Assembly: GCA_965369865.1 (NCBI GenBank)
Contig: CBDURU010000002.1
Span: 53,331 to 117,330, forward strand
Direction of reading: 5' to 3'
Length of the DNA: 64,000 nucleotides
From: an uncultured bacterium
GTDB lineage: Bacteria > JAJVIF01 > JAPKYR01
Both the position numbers and the translations under genes were made by a program. The first letter of the stretch is position 1, and every line of letters starts with the position of its first letter. This document shows, piece by piece, positions 10,142 through 21,131 of this stretch. The notes beneath the pieces are model-generated. The model saw nothing but the letters and a program-made list of their open reading frames with translations. It did no database searches and was not told where the DNA came from.

Positions 10142-11188
10142 ATGCGTGTACCAAGATTCAGACAATATGCAAACCTGACGCAAACGGCTTCGAAGGGGCC
10201 CAGCCAGGTATGGCCAGTTGTCAAGAAAATATTCATTTTATTTATCGCCATCGTGATGCTCGCGGGGTCCGGATGGGTGCTGATGAGGATCATCCCGAAG
10301 AGGAACTCTATCCAGGGTGAATACACACCGCCGTTATCCCGGACCGACATCGTCGAGTGCTCCCAGGCGCGATGGATTCTCCAGGACACACATTCGGAAC
10401 AGCTTGGGGTCTACCTCGGGTGGTACTATCGCAAATTCCTTATGGTGGCCAAAAGCCCTGATGAACTCGATCAGTCAGGTTTCCGACCCTTCATATTCAA
10501 CGATGAAGCTGGTGAGGAAGTAAAAATTCTCCCAAGTGGAGATGATTTCGAAGCAAACAACGACCTGTTTCTGTTTATGCTGATTCCTCCCGAAGGCACG
10601 ACCGGTGGTTTCATTTCCAAGAGAACCCTGGAACAGTCAAATTTTGCGGGACAGGTCTCACATGAAGTCAGCAACGAAACTGTTTATGTAAATTCCGAGG
10701 ATAAAACATCAATTCATGCCCAGTTCCTTCCTCAAACTCCGGAATTCCAGGAAGAATATATCTGCTTTCTCGCCCAGGCGTGGGAGTACGCAGTGTCGGG
10801 GTATGTAGCGCTCTATCAGCATCCACCTGAAAACCTGGACGACCTCCTTGACGGGATCGGTCTCGAGGCAAATCCCGATTGTGAGTGGCCCTTCGGAGCA
10901 CGTGAAAGAATTCGTGCAAAGGTCGAAGGAGGGATTATCAATGGGAAGATCATTTACTGGCAGTTAACACTAATGGACGGATCAAGGTATGGTCAGGCCA
11001 GGTACTGGGACCATTACACGATTTACGATGATCCGGATACACCGGTAAATATCATTACCGATCATAATAACTCACCGGTTGTCGATCCCTCAGAAATTCG
11101 CGGGACGCGCCAGGTAATGTTTAACCTGGACATAATGAAAAACCTCCTTGAAGAGGCCCGGGCCGCAGAAATTCAGGGCACGGGATAG
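10142..11188 (+). CDS. Membrane-anchored hypothetical protein with pseudopilin-like motifs
   Basis: One N-terminal TM; 'YVALYQHPPENLDDLL' motif; local similarity to the 32855-33829 protein. Confidence 0.6.
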   Translation: MRVPRFRQYANLTQTASKGPSQVWPVVKKIFILFIAIVMLAGSGWVLMRIIPKRNSIQGEYTPPLSRTDIVECSQARWILQDTHSEQLGVYLGWYYRKFLMVAKSPDELDQSGFRPFIFNDEAGEEVKILPSGDDFEANNDLFLFMLIPPEGTTGGFISKRTLEQSNFAGQVSHEVSNETVYVNSEDKTSIHAQFLPQTPEFQEEYICFLAQAWEYAVSGYVALYQHPPENLDDLLDGIGLEANPDCEWPFGARERIRAKVEGGIINGKIIYWQLTLMDGSRYGQARYWDHYTIYDDPDTPVNIITDHNNSPVVDPSEIRGTRQVMFNLDIMKNLLEEARAAEIQGTG

Positions 11189-11270
11189 ATTCGGGCAATC
11201 AAGTTCAAATTTTTTTTGTTATACTGCACAGGTCAACTCCCCCCCTTGATGGTCGGGAATTTTAAATTTT

Positions 11271-11750
11271 ATGGATGAACGCGTTCGAAAAGCAATTTTC
11301 CCTCACCGGCTTACTGCAGGCCTGGGTATGGTGCTGCTTGCAATCGTATGGGCTTTCGGGTGGATCGTTGCTCCAACAAATATTTTTAATGAATCTGATT
11401 CAACACTGAAGCTGCTCCTGACAACTGTTGTACTCGGGTCCTGGAACCTGCTCTGTTGTGTGATCGCCGCCGGGTTTTTCCATGCAGCGAGTGTGAACCA
11501 GGCAAAAACTTTCATGAAATATCGAACAGTAAGTCTAATGCTGCTGATCCTTGGAACCCTTGTCCTCTTTCCAGTGCCAATGATGTCCCAGGTTCTTGGA
11601 GATGGCGCCATCGGACGGGCAATGGCACTTCTGATTACGGGGATGTCATTTGCCGCGATCGCGTTCGGGAGAGCGCGGATAAATGCCATTTGCACTCGAC
11701 TGATGGAATTCACTGAAAGCGATGAAGGCGCGAGTTTGATTCCTTTCTAA
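11271..11750 (+). CDS. Four-TM membrane protein of unknown function
   Basis: 159 aa with four hydrophobic segments. Confidence 0.65.
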   Translation: MDERVRKAIFPHRLTAGLGMVLLAIVWAFGWIVAPTNIFNESDSTLKLLLTTVVLGSWNLLCCVIAAGFFHAASVNQAKTFMKYRTVSLMLLILGTLVLFPVPMMSQVLGDGAIGRAMALLITGMSFAAIAFGRARINAICTRLMEFTESDEGASLIPF

Positions 11751-11928
11751 TACTCAGGCCAATCTTATTAATTGGAAAATTTATTGGGTATATCGACTCC
11801 CACCTCTCAGGGCGAGTTAATCAGTGCCCGTCCTTTCTGAATAATTTCGGTTGTATCTATTGCAGTTTGGTGCAGGCTTAGTTACAATTTCTCGTTTGGC
11901 GCTCCATTTTCGGAGCGGAAGGTATGCT

Positions 11929-12639
11929 ATGGATATTTTAAAACTTGCGGCAGCACAAAGAGAAGAAACCGGGACCCGTCTATCCCGTAAACTCAGAGAG
12001 AATGGGTTTATCCCGGCCAGCCTTTACGCTGGTGGTGAGCAGCCTACACTACTCAAACTGGAAGCTAACAAGTGGGCGCGACACCTTACGGACCAGTTGA
12101 ACCTGGTCAACATCGAAATCACGGGAGCCGGGAACCAGATGGCGGCAGTTCGTGAAATACAGCGTGATCCGTTATCCCAGGCTGTTATTCATGTTGATTT
12201 TTTCAAGATTACAATGGATCAGGTCACCGAATTTAATGTACGCCTTACGTTCGAAGGCTCTCCAGTAGGTGTTAGTGAAGGCGGTGTAACTACTGTTGCG
12301 TCAGACTTCGTGGCAATCGAATGTCTTCCAACGGATGTTCCGGACACCATCAGCGTGGATATTTCGGAACTGGAAATCGGTCAAAGCATAAATGCCGGTG
12401 GTATAAAGTTACCTGAAGGCTTAAAACTTATTTCCGATCCTGGTATGACAATCGTCAGTATCACTACTATCCGGGTGGTTGAAGAAGAGAAGCCGGAAGA
12501 AGAAGTTGTTGAAGGTGAAGAGGTTGAGGTTGCTGAAGGCGAGGAAAAACCTGCCGAAGGTGATGAAAAAGCTCCTGAAGGTGATGACAAGAAACCATGG
12601 GAAAAAAAGGGCTTTAAGCATTCCGGCAGTAAAAATTGA
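11929..12639 (+). CDS. rplY: 50S ribosomal protein L25 / Ctc form
   Basis: 'RKLRENGFIPASLY', 'IQRDPLSQAVIHVDF', Ctc beta domain 'GSPVGVSEGG', acidic tail; directly upstream of pth. Confidence 0.93.
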   Translation: MDILKLAAAQREETGTRLSRKLRENGFIPASLYAGGEQPTLLKLEANKWARHLTDQLNLVNIEITGAGNQMAAVREIQRDPLSQAVIHVDFFKITMDQVTEFNVRLTFEGSPVGVSEGGVTTVASDFVAIECLPTDVPDTISVDISELEIGQSINAGGIKLPEGLKLISDPGMTIVSITTIRVVEEEKPEEEVVEGEEVEVAEGEEKPAEGDEKAPEGDDKKPWEKKGFKHSGSKN

Positions 12640-12828
12640 TATTCCACTCGTGTCGCGTATGTGACGAGAGTATAAATGACCAATCACTCGCGATCTCGAA
12701 CGAGCTGGAGGTCATTACGGCGGAGTTATCAGTCCATACAAATTTACCCCCCCGGTTACAAAAGTCCGGGGTGTTTGAGGTTTTAGCGGAGTAAACACGT
12801 AAAAAATTCTAATACCAATCTTAGATTC

Positions 12829-12933
12829 AGGGACGCCATTCCATGCTTCCAGCGTTGAAGGTGTCCCGTGTAACTAAGAATTCATGGGGACACTTTCAAC
12901 GCTGGAAGCATGGAAAAGCGTCCCCATGAATTC
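12829..12933. repeat. Inverted pair of 40-bp GGGGACAC-type REP-like palindromes
   Basis: 12829-12868 is the near reverse complement of 12886-12925 (GGGGACACTTTCAACGCTGGAAGCATGGAAAAGCGTCCCC). Each copy is itself a hairpin. Confidence 0.85.
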
Positions 12934-12943
12934 AAAGCGTCTG

Positions 12944-13636
12944 ATGCAAGAGCCATTATCAAATATTGAACCGGAGAAAATCGACAGGATCATTGTCGGA
13001 CTTGGAAACCCCGGCCAGGAATACCATGGGACACGCCATAATCTGGGCTATCGTGCCCTGGACGAATTTCTTCGTACGCTCGAAATTAAAAGGGACTTCA
13101 AAGCGGGGAGGAAATCAAGGACCCAGCGCATCGAGGTTGGCGGGAGTAATGTTCTTCTCGTGCGTCCAACAACATTTATGAACCGTTCCGGCGACGCGTT
13201 AAAACCACTTCTGCAAAATTATGAACTTGAAGTATCCGATGTGCTCGTAGTTCACGACGATATGGATATCTCCTGCGGTAAAGCAAAAATGAGACAGGGT
13301 GGCGGTGCTGCCGGGCACAAGGGAATAATCGACATATCCGAAAAATGCGGAGCAGGTTTCACGCGGATTAAGATCGGGATCGGCGTACCGGAAGCTCGCG
13401 ATAATGATTCAGATATTGACTGGGTCCTCGGAAAGCCAACAAAAGAAGAATGGGAGTCGCTCGAATCGGTGATGCCGGGAGTCGCGGAAGCCATGCGGAT
13501 ATGGATCGTGGACGGCACCGTTAAGGCAATGACCTGGCTCAATACTGTTATGAACGCGGAAGGTAAGGAAGAAAATACAGATAAGGAAAATGATGTGCCC
13601 GATTCAGTAAACGAATCAGAGTCTGATGAGCGGTAA
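12944..13636 (+). CDS. pth: Peptidyl-tRNA hydrolase
   Basis: 'IIVGLGNPG..Y..TRHNLG', 'PTTFMNRSG', 'VVHDDMD', 'GGAAGHKG'. Start uncertain (12926 or 12944); the 12884 start lies in the repeat. Confidence 0.95.
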   Translation: MQEPLSNIEPEKIDRIIVGLGNPGQEYHGTRHNLGYRALDEFLRTLEIKRDFKAGRKSRTQRIEVGGSNVLLVRPTTFMNRSGDALKPLLQNYELEVSDVLVVHDDMDISCGKAKMRQGGGAAGHKGIIDISEKCGAGFTRIKIGIGVPEARDNDSDIDWVLGKPTKEEWESLESVMPGVAEAMRIWIVDGTVKAMTWLNTVMNAEGKEENTDKENDVPDSVNESESDER

Positions 13637-16600
13637 ATCAAAAGGATTAATGGACGCCCTTACCGGGCACAGTGAGGTTGCCCGACTGCTTGAGTCTGTC
13701 GGACGCGGGGATGACTGTGTTTATGCAAAAGGACTTCGAGGCGCTTTAAAGGGAATCCTTGCGGTTCTAGCTCATGTCGAACGCAGGAATTCACCCACGC
13801 TTGTGGTTGCCCCGGATCCCGTAAGCGCGAGGGATATTTTCCAGGACACGTCGTTCATACTCGACCATCTCGAGCGTGAGTCAAGTGAGGAAGTGTTCCT
13901 TTTCGAAGACCTGAATCTTCTCGCACAGGATTTTCTTACCCTTGGAGAACTGGAGGTCATTTTCTACCGATACAGCGTGCTCGAGAAGTTGATAATCGGC
14001 GACCCGGTGCTGGTAATCGCCAGCCGGTCGTCGCTTGGAGTTCCACTGGTGGCGCCGGCACGTTATCGGGAGAAAATGATCGCGCTGAAACGCGGCGATT
14101 CGATCGAGGATAAGAACCTGCTTTTAAGGGCTTTATTCGATATCGGATACCGGCTTGTGAGCAGGGTACGGGAAGTCGGACAGGTCGCGGGCCGTGGCGG
14201 AATCATCGATATTTACCCGCCCGGGCGAAAACGCCCGGTGCGTATCGATCTTTTCGGAGATGAGGTCGACAGCCTTCGGGAATTTGACCCGGAAACGCAA
14301 AGATCGCTTGGCGAAGTGACCGATCTTCGGATCAGCCCTTGTTTCGAAGCTGAGCTATTAAGGGAGCAGGACCCGGAGGAATTGTTCGATGTGGAAGGCA
14401 ACCTCCGGGATCCGAGCCGGTTTTTTGATGATCCCGTAAAATTCCGGGAATTTTCATCTGAGGAGAAGGATGAATTCCTCGCACGCGGATATTCGTATTT
14501 CGATAAGGCGGGTATCTGGGATTACCTTCCCAGGAATTCATTAGTTGTGGTGGACGCCCCGTCGCGGACACTTTCGAGGGATACGGCAATGGTTCTCCCG
14601 AAAGGGAAAGCGGGAGACGGTGTGCAATTAACAGAGCATGAGGGCCTCGTTCACTCGGTCGATGATATCTCCCGGGGATTAAGCATATTTCAGCATCTCG
14701 AATTCCTCTCTGCAACCTGCATCATTCCTCCAACGGATGGAAAAATACCGGATTTGAAATCGAGGATCGTCGGCAAGGCTCCGGGAAGCTTCGAAAGGCG
14801 TATCGAGCAATACCTTGAAACCCACGGCCAGAGTGATGAGAGTAAGGATTCCGAAAACCCGATGGTGATCGTGTCACGGTCCAGCGAACGGATCAGGGAA
14901 ATGTTCGGTTCCGACTGGCCGGGTGTGATAATTCTTCACGGCGAATTATCCGAAGGGTTCGATTTAACTCCCGGCGGGCCGGTCGTACTCAGCGACGCGG
15001 AGCTGTTCCCGGCACGGAAACGCGGACTAGCAAGGGCGCGGGGTAAGGCAAGAGCATTCACCCGGGAGGAACTCAGGGACGTCCGCCTTGGTGACTATAT
15101 CGTACACGTACACCACGGGATCGGGGTTTTCAAGGGAATTGTCCAGCAGAAAGGTCCGGATGGAAGTGTCCTCGATTATATTCTTCTCGAATACGCCCAG
15201 AACGACAGGCTGTATGTGCCGGTCGAGCAGATAGACCAGCTTTACCGTTATACATCCGGGGAGGGTGCGGCCCCGGTGATCAACCGGCTTGGGACATCCG
15301 ACTGGGATCGCCTGAAACGTCGTGTCAAAAAAACCATGGTCAGGATGGCCAAAGACCTGCTCAAGCTGTACCGATCGAGAATGGAGGTCACCGGCCATAA
15401 ATTCCAGCCGGATACGGTCTGGCAGATGGAGGTCGAGGACCGTTTCGAATTCCAGGAAACACCGGGACAGCTCAGAAGCCTCGATGAGTTAAAGAAGGAC
15501 ATGGAATCCGTAAAACCCATGGACCGTCTGATTTGCGCGGAGGTTGGTTACGGGAAAACAGAACTTGCCGTACGGGCAGCATTGAAGTGTGTACTTGACG
15601 GCATGCAGGCAGCGGTTCTTGTGCCGACAACAATTCTCGCGCAGCAGCATTACATGACTTTCCAGCACCGGTTAAAGGACCTTCCCGTTGGAATCGGGAT
15701 TCTTTCAAGGTTTAAATCCAAAAAGGAACAGAAAGAAACCCTCAGGGATCTCAAGGCCGGGAAAATCGATATACTCATTGGCACGCACCGTATACTGTCA
15801 AAGGATGTCGAGTTCCGCAATATCGGACTCCTGATCGTCGATGAGGAACAGAAATTCGGCGTCCGGCACAAGGAGAAAATAAAATTCCTGAAAAACACAA
15901 TAGATGTTCTCACGCTGACCGCTACACCGATACCTCGAACGTTATATATGTCACTGGTCGGGCTGAGAGATATCAGCATAATCGACACGCCCCCACCCGA
16001 CCGTCTTCCTATCAGGACATACGTCAAAAGATGGACACCGCCACTGGTCAAGAATGCAATCCAGGCTGAGGTTGCCAGGGGTGGCCAGGTTTATTACCTA
16101 TACAACAAAGTTGAAAATATCCATGCGGTGGCAGACCGCCTGAAAAGGCTTGTTCCCGAGGTGAAAATTGCTGTCGGACATGGCCAGATGGCAGAAACCC
16201 AACTTGAGAAAGTAATGATCGAATTTATGAGCGGCGAGCACGATGTCCTGATATGTACAACAATTATTGAAAACGGGCTTGATATCCCGCGGGTAAACAC
16301 GTTGATAGTCGAGGACGCCCAGAACTTCGGGCTCGCCCAGCTTCACCAGATCAGGGGACGTGTCGGGCGGCGCGGAATTCAGGCGTATGCTTATTTCCTG
16401 TTCCCGATCGGGAAACCACTTTCGGGCATCCAGGCAAGGCGTCTTGAAGCGCTCGCGGATTTCAGCCATCTCGGCGCCGGTTATGAAATTGCCAGGCGCG
16501 ACCTCGAACTCAGGGGTGCGGGAAATATTCTCGGACCTGAACAGCACGGATTTGTCAGTCAACTGGGATTTGATTTATATTCCAAGGTTCTCTCGGAAAC

Positions 16601-17135
16601 AATTTCCGAGGCAAAGGATGGAGACATCGATTTCGACCATATCGGCACATCGGGCCATGTCGATTGTGTGCTGAGGCTTCCGGTGGACGCCCGTATCCCG
16701 GAAAGTTATCTCCTCGATCAGACTGAAAGGTTCGCGCTGTACAGACGTCTTGCGATTCTCAAGTCACCGGAAGAACTTGATTCCATCAGGGATGAAATGC
16801 GCGATCGATTCGGGAAACTCCCCATGGAAGCTGTGAATTTACTGGAGGTTTTGCGTTTAAGGCAAAAGGCGATGGGATTCGGGATTGAGTCAATCTCGCT
16901 AAACACTGTAACCGATTTCATCGAGGTGCAATTCCATCATACGATGGCGCGTGACGTCAGGTGGAAGAGGATAGGCGACATGGTCATGCGTGCCCGGCTG
17001 AGGCCGCAGCCAAGGGGATTCCTGGTCCCGACATCGGGTGTGCCCGAAAAAGTGATGAGCCAGGTGAGGCATATCCTGAACGAACTTGAGAAAGCATGTA
17101 AACCAATTGCCAAGCCAATCAAGGGCGCTGTTTAA
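13626..17135 (+). CDS. mfd: Transcription-repair coupling factor
   Basis: UvrB-like N-terminus, CarD/RID 'VHVHHGIG', SF2 motifs 'EVGYGKTE' and 'DEEQKFG', 'QIRGRVGR', TRG 'RDLELRGAGNILG'. Confidence 0.97.
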   Translation: MSGKSKGLMDALTGHSEVARLLESVGRGDDCVYAKGLRGALKGILAVLAHVERRNSPTLVVAPDPVSARDIFQDTSFILDHLERESSEEVFLFEDLNLLAQDFLTLGELEVIFYRYSVLEKLIIGDPVLVIASRSSLGVPLVAPARYREKMIALKRGDSIEDKNLLLRALFDIGYRLVSRVREVGQVAGRGGIIDIYPPGRKRPVRIDLFGDEVDSLREFDPETQRSLGEVTDLRISPCFEAELLREQDPEELFDVEGNLRDPSRFFDDPVKFREFSSEEKDEFLARGYSYFDKAGIWDYLPRNSLVVVDAPSRTLSRDTAMVLPKGKAGDGVQLTEHEGLVHSVDDISRGLSIFQHLEFLSATCIIPPTDGKIPDLKSRIVGKAPGSFERRIEQYLETHGQSDESKDSENPMVIVSRSSERIREMFGSDWPGVIILHGELSEGFDLTPGGPVVLSDAELFPARKRGLARARGKARAFTREELRDVRLGDYIVHVHHGIGVFKGIVQQKGPDGSVLDYILLEYAQNDRLYVPVEQIDQLYRYTSGEGAAPVINRLGTSDWDRLKRRVKKTMVRMAKDLLKLYRSRMEVTGHKFQPDTVWQMEVEDRFEFQETPGQLRSLDELKKDMESVKPMDRLICAEVGYGKTELAVRAALKCVLDGMQAAVLVPTTILAQQHYMTFQHRLKDLPVGIGILSRFKSKKEQKETLRDLKAGKIDILIGTHRILSKDVEFRNIGLLIVDEEQKFGVRHKEKIKFLKNTIDVLTLTATPIPRTLYMSLVGLRDISIIDTPPPDRLPIRTYVKRWTPPLVKNAIQAEVARGGQVYYLYNKVENIHAVADRLKRLVPEVKIAVGHGQMAETQLEKVMIEFMSGEHDVLICTTIIENGLDIPRVNTLIVEDAQNFGLAQLHQIRGRVGRRGIQAYAYFLFPIGKPLSGIQARRLEALADFSHLGAGYEIARRDLELRGAGNILGPEQHGFVSQLGFDLYSKVLSETISEAKDGDIDFDHIGTSGHVDCVLRLPVDARIPESYLLDQTERFALYRRLAILKSPEELDSIRDEMRDRFGKLPMEAVNLLEVLRLRQKAMGFGIESISLNTVTDFIEVQFHHTMARDVRWKRIGDMVMRARLRPQPRGFLVPTSGVPEKVMSQVRHILNELEKACKPIAKPIKGAV

Positions 17136-17244
17136 AACGGTTAGCGAATGATGGTTTAGAAAACACCTGAAGTCCTGTATGATACTCTGATTGCCCGGAT
17201 GGGCTTGTATAAAAACCAACTCAATGGAAAGAAAGGTAAATAAA

Positions 17245-18069
17245 ATGAATAACACATTTAAATCCTTCGCAGCAGGAGTATTTTTCACCCTGATTATAAT
17301 GCTTACGGTTCTTACCGGAGCATCCTGCACGGAAAACCAGCCTGCCGGTGAAACAGGAGATTGTAAAGACATGGTGCTGGCAAGGGTGGGAGAGGGTAAT
17401 ATAACCCTGGGTGACCTATTAGAGAACCCGTCTTTTTACGGCCTTGTAAGCGAGCAACTGATTACACGTGAGCTGTTGGAACAAGAGGCGCTGAAGCGTG
17501 GAATTACAGTAGACATGGATGAAGTCCAGCAGCAGGTGGACGATATGATTGAGCAGAGTGGAGGCTGGGAGAACCTCACAAGCACGATCCCGCAATCTAT
17601 CCCAATCAGCCTCATACCTGCTGATTTACGTAGGAGTGCTCTACAGCAGTCATACCACATGGCCATCATGGAAGATCGTTACGATAATGAGCATGGACCT
17701 TCGACCGACGACGAACTGGAAACACAGTGGCTGGCTGCACCAGGGATGTACGAGGGCAGGGTGGCCGGTGAACTGGGAATTACACCCGAAGAGGTAACGT
17801 TTGAGATGGCCCGTGAGGAAATAGAAGAAGATATCAGGATGCAGTGGCAGAGTGAACGTTTTCAGACCCTGGTTGAATTCCTGAAAGAAAGCATCGAAGT
17901 TGAATTTTACCTTCTCGATGCTCTCAACGAACCTGCTGACCTCCAGATTCCGGAAATAGATGGTGATGATTCACTTGAGTATGTACCCCTGGAAAGCCAT
18001 GATGATGAGCATTCCGATGACCACGCTGAAGAAGTTCCAGGCGAACCGGAAGAAGACGAAGGTAATTAA
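17245..18069 (+). CDS. SurA/PrsA N-terminal-like lipoprotein chaperone
   Basis: Lipobox TGASC; 'VLARVGEGNIT...LITRELLEQEALKRGITV...EV'; position after mfd. No clear parvulin motif. Confidence 0.7.
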   Translation: MNNTFKSFAAGVFFTLIIMLTVLTGASCTENQPAGETGDCKDMVLARVGEGNITLGDLLENPSFYGLVSEQLITRELLEQEALKRGITVDMDEVQQQVDDMIEQSGGWENLTSTIPQSIPISLIPADLRRSALQQSYHMAIMEDRYDNEHGPSTDDELETQWLAAPGMYEGRVAGELGITPEEVTFEMAREEIEEDIRMQWQSERFQTLVEFLKESIEVEFYLLDALNEPADLQIPEIDGDDSLEYVPLESHDDEHSDDHAEEVPGEPEEDEGN

Positions 18070-18214
18070 TAACCGGGGGATTGGAATGTCAGTCATTATT
18101 TTTTTGGCTGACAGGCATTTTGTTGATTGATAAATTACCGGAACCCCACCGGTAGGGTGGATTGGATATTTATTACCTAATAATATTATTTGGAACGAAA
18201 GGGAGGATTACTTA

Positions 18215-20926
18215 GTGGTAGCTAAATGGATTTACCTGCCCCACGAGGGAGACGCGGGTATGCGCGATCTCCTGGGTGGGAAAGGCGCGAACCTCTGCGA
18301 AATGTATAATATGGGACTCCCGATCCCACCTTTTTTCATCGCCACAACCGAAGGCTGCATTTACTACATGCGGCATAAGAAGATGCCCCCGGGTATCGAA
18401 AAACAGGTGGAACAGGGCCTTAGTTTCATTAAAAAACAACTTGGGAAAACTTACGGCGATCCCGCGAGTCCATTATTGTTGTCTGTGCGTTCCGGGGGGA
18501 AGTTCAGCATGCCCGGCATGATGGATACGGTCCTCAACCTCGGGCTCAATAAAAAGATTCTAAGCGGGTTGATAAAGAAAACCGGCAACGAAAGATACGC
18601 CCGTGACTGCTACCGCCGCCTGCTCCAGATGTACGGCGAGGTTGTCCTTGGTGTAGATAAAGAGCTTTTCGAACACGGAATAACTTCCAAAAGGAAAAAA
18701 TACAAGGTGGCTTCGGACGCTGAACTGCCAGCGAAGGCGCTCCAGGAACTTGGTGACGAATACGAAGCCCATATCAGTAACTCCGGACAAAGAATTCCGA
18801 CCAATCCATTCAAACAGCTCATGATCGGAATCGAATCGGTTTTCAAGAGCTGGAACACAGAGCGAGCGTTCGCCTACCGGAACGCGCAGCGAATCCCACA
18901 CGATCTTGGTACGGCGGTTAATGTCCAGACGATGGTTTTCGGAAATATCGACTCCGATTGTGGATCGGGGGTTATGTTTACCCGCGATCCATCCACAGGT
19001 GAGAAGAAATTATTTGCCGAGCTTTTATTCAACGCCCAGGGTGAGGAAGTTGTCGCGGGAACCCGTACTCCGCTTCATATCGATGAATTAAACCGTCGAA
19101 AACCCAAAATGTATAAAGAGCTTACCAATTATACCCGCAAGCTCGAAAAACGGTACAAGGACATGCAGGATATGGAGTTTACGTTCGAGGGCGACAAGCT
19201 CTGGATCCTGCAAACCCGCAATGGCAAACGTACCGGTCCGGCGGCTGTCAGAATTGCGAGTGACATGGTTAAGGAGAGGCTGATCACAAAGGATGAAGCG
19301 GTGATGCAGGTCGATCCTGCATTGCTCGTTCAATGCCTCCTGCCTCGAATTAAAATTGGCCAGAATTACGACGATAAAATTGTCGGGAAGGGACTGAACG
19401 CCAGCCCCGGTGCCGCCCATGGGAGGATTGTTTTCTCGACTGGAAGGATTCTCAAATCGATTGCGGAAGCGTCCAGGAGAAAACAGCCGGTACCCAGGAT
19501 GATCCTTGTCAGGAATGAGACAAACCCGGATGATTTCCCGGGGATGTATGGTTCCGAGGGAATCCTTACCAGCCAGGGAGGCATGACATCGCACGCGGCG
19601 GTTGTCGCGCGACAGATGGGTAAACCCTGTGTCGCGGGATGCAAGGAAGCGATAGTCGATTCGAAAAAGAAAACCCTGAAACTCAGAGGGAAAACATTCA
19701 GGGAAGGTGATGTCATAACAATCGACGGGTCCAAAGGACTTGTGATCGACGCGGAACTTGAATTGGTCCGGACACCTGAACCGGGGAAATATTTCGAAGA
19801 TGTCATGAAGTGGGCTGACGGCCTTCGAAGGCTCGGGGTCAGGGCTAACGCCGATAATTACGAGGAAGCGGCGCTTGCCAGGAAACTTGGCGCCGAAGGA
19901 ATCGGGCTCTGCCGCACCGAGCACCAGTTCGGCGGTAAACGCAAGATGCTTGTCGCGGAACTGATCCTGATTCTATCGGATGAAAATCCATCCAAAGCCA
20001 GGCTGAAGAAACTCGATCAGCTTGTTGCGAAGTTACTGGTAGCCCAGCGGGAGGATTTCCTTGGCGTGTTCGAGGCGATGGACGGTCTCCCGACCACTAT
20101 CCGCCTTATCGACCCTCCGTTCCATGAGTTCCTGCCGTCGGACGAGGATATCGAACGGATGATCGAGGCCGCGAAATCGAAGACGGAAATAAAGCGGATC
20201 AGGGAAATGGGCGAGCTTCGGAAATCGATCGATGAATCGAACCCGATGCTCGGTACACGTGGATGCCGCCTTGGAATTATGTTCCCGATAATTCCCGAAA
20301 CGCAGTCACGCGCGGTTTTTGAGGCTGCATGTATTCGAAAGAAAAAAGGATTCGATCCACAGCCAGAGATCATGGTTCCCCTGACGATGGAAGTTAATGA
20401 ACTCAGGGAACTTGAGCCCATTGTACGTGGTACGGCGGAGAAGGTCATGAAGGAGCAGGGTGTCAAGGTTGATTATTTATATGGAACGATGATCGAGATT
20501 CCCCGTGCCGCGCTTACAAGTGATGAGATAGCCGAAGTCGCGGAATTCTTCAGCTTCGGCACGAACGACCTTACACAAACAGCAATGGGGATATCCCGCG
20601 ACGATACCGCCCAGCTACTGCAGATGTATGTCGACAAGGGGCTTCTGCCGGTCGACCCATTCCAGGTACTCGACCAGCGTGGAATCGGAAGGCTGATGAA
20701 AATTTGTATCGAGGACGGCAGAGTAACCCGGCCGAAGATCAAGCTGGGAATTTGCGGCGAGCATGGCGGGGAACCTGAGAGCATTGAGTTCTGTCACAAA
20801 ATTGGCCTTCATTACGTGAGTTGCTCGACATATCGTGTCCCGACTGCCCGTCTCGCTGCGGCACAGGTGGTATTGAAAGAGAAAGCTGAAAAAAAGAAGG
20901 CCAGGGGTTTTAGGCGAAAGAAGTAA
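18215..20926 (+). CDS. ppdK: Pyruvate phosphate dikinase
   Basis: 'LLGGKGANL', 'SVRSG..SMPGMMDT', phospho-His 'GGMTSHAAVVAR', 'GIGLCRTEH', 'SFGTNDLTQ', 'GICGEHGG'. Confidence 0.98.
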   Translation: MVAKWIYLPHEGDAGMRDLLGGKGANLCEMYNMGLPIPPFFIATTEGCIYYMRHKKMPPGIEKQVEQGLSFIKKQLGKTYGDPASPLLLSVRSGGKFSMPGMMDTVLNLGLNKKILSGLIKKTGNERYARDCYRRLLQMYGEVVLGVDKELFEHGITSKRKKYKVASDAELPAKALQELGDEYEAHISNSGQRIPTNPFKQLMIGIESVFKSWNTERAFAYRNAQRIPHDLGTAVNVQTMVFGNIDSDCGSGVMFTRDPSTGEKKLFAELLFNAQGEEVVAGTRTPLHIDELNRRKPKMYKELTNYTRKLEKRYKDMQDMEFTFEGDKLWILQTRNGKRTGPAAVRIASDMVKERLITKDEAVMQVDPALLVQCLLPRIKIGQNYDDKIVGKGLNASPGAAHGRIVFSTGRILKSIAEASRRKQPVPRMILVRNETNPDDFPGMYGSEGILTSQGGMTSHAAVVARQMGKPCVAGCKEAIVDSKKKTLKLRGKTFREGDVITIDGSKGLVIDAELELVRTPEPGKYFEDVMKWADGLRRLGVRANADNYEEAALARKLGAEGIGLCRTEHQFGGKRKMLVAELILILSDENPSKARLKKLDQLVAKLLVAQREDFLGVFEAMDGLPTTIRLIDPPFHEFLPSDEDIERMIEAAKSKTEIKRIREMGELRKSIDESNPMLGTRGCRLGIMFPIIPETQSRAVFEAACIRKKKGFDPQPEIMVPLTMEVNELRELEPIVRGTAEKVMKEQGVKVDYLYGTMIEIPRAALTSDEIAEVAEFFSFGTNDLTQTAMGISRDDTAQLLQMYVDKGLLPVDPFQVLDQRGIGRLMKICIEDGRVTRPKIKLGICGEHGGEPESIEFCHKIGLHYVSCSTYRVPTARLAAAQVVLKEKAEKKKARGFRRKK

Positions 20927-21131
20927 CCCAACGTCACGTTTGTCCAAAACAAGTCATTAATTAAACTGCGCATGATGAATGCGTGTTTTTTTATATAGTA
21001 GAGGCGCTGCTTGACGCGCCTTGAGAGGATGCTATTAAAAATATGTCTCAGATAAATCACTTGGTATCATTCATTACAAGATATATAATGGAATGAGAAC
21101 AGGATTAGTAACTGGACAGGGAGGGATAGTG

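Noticed and set aside
12884..12943. N-terminal extension of Pth
   Set aside because: The upstream ATG lies within the palindromic repeat and precedes the region of Pth similarity.
19088..19924. Long antisense ORFs such as 19088-19924, 37941-38582 and 51501-52310
   Set aside because: They overlap well-supported genes on the opposite strand and show no recognisable motifs.
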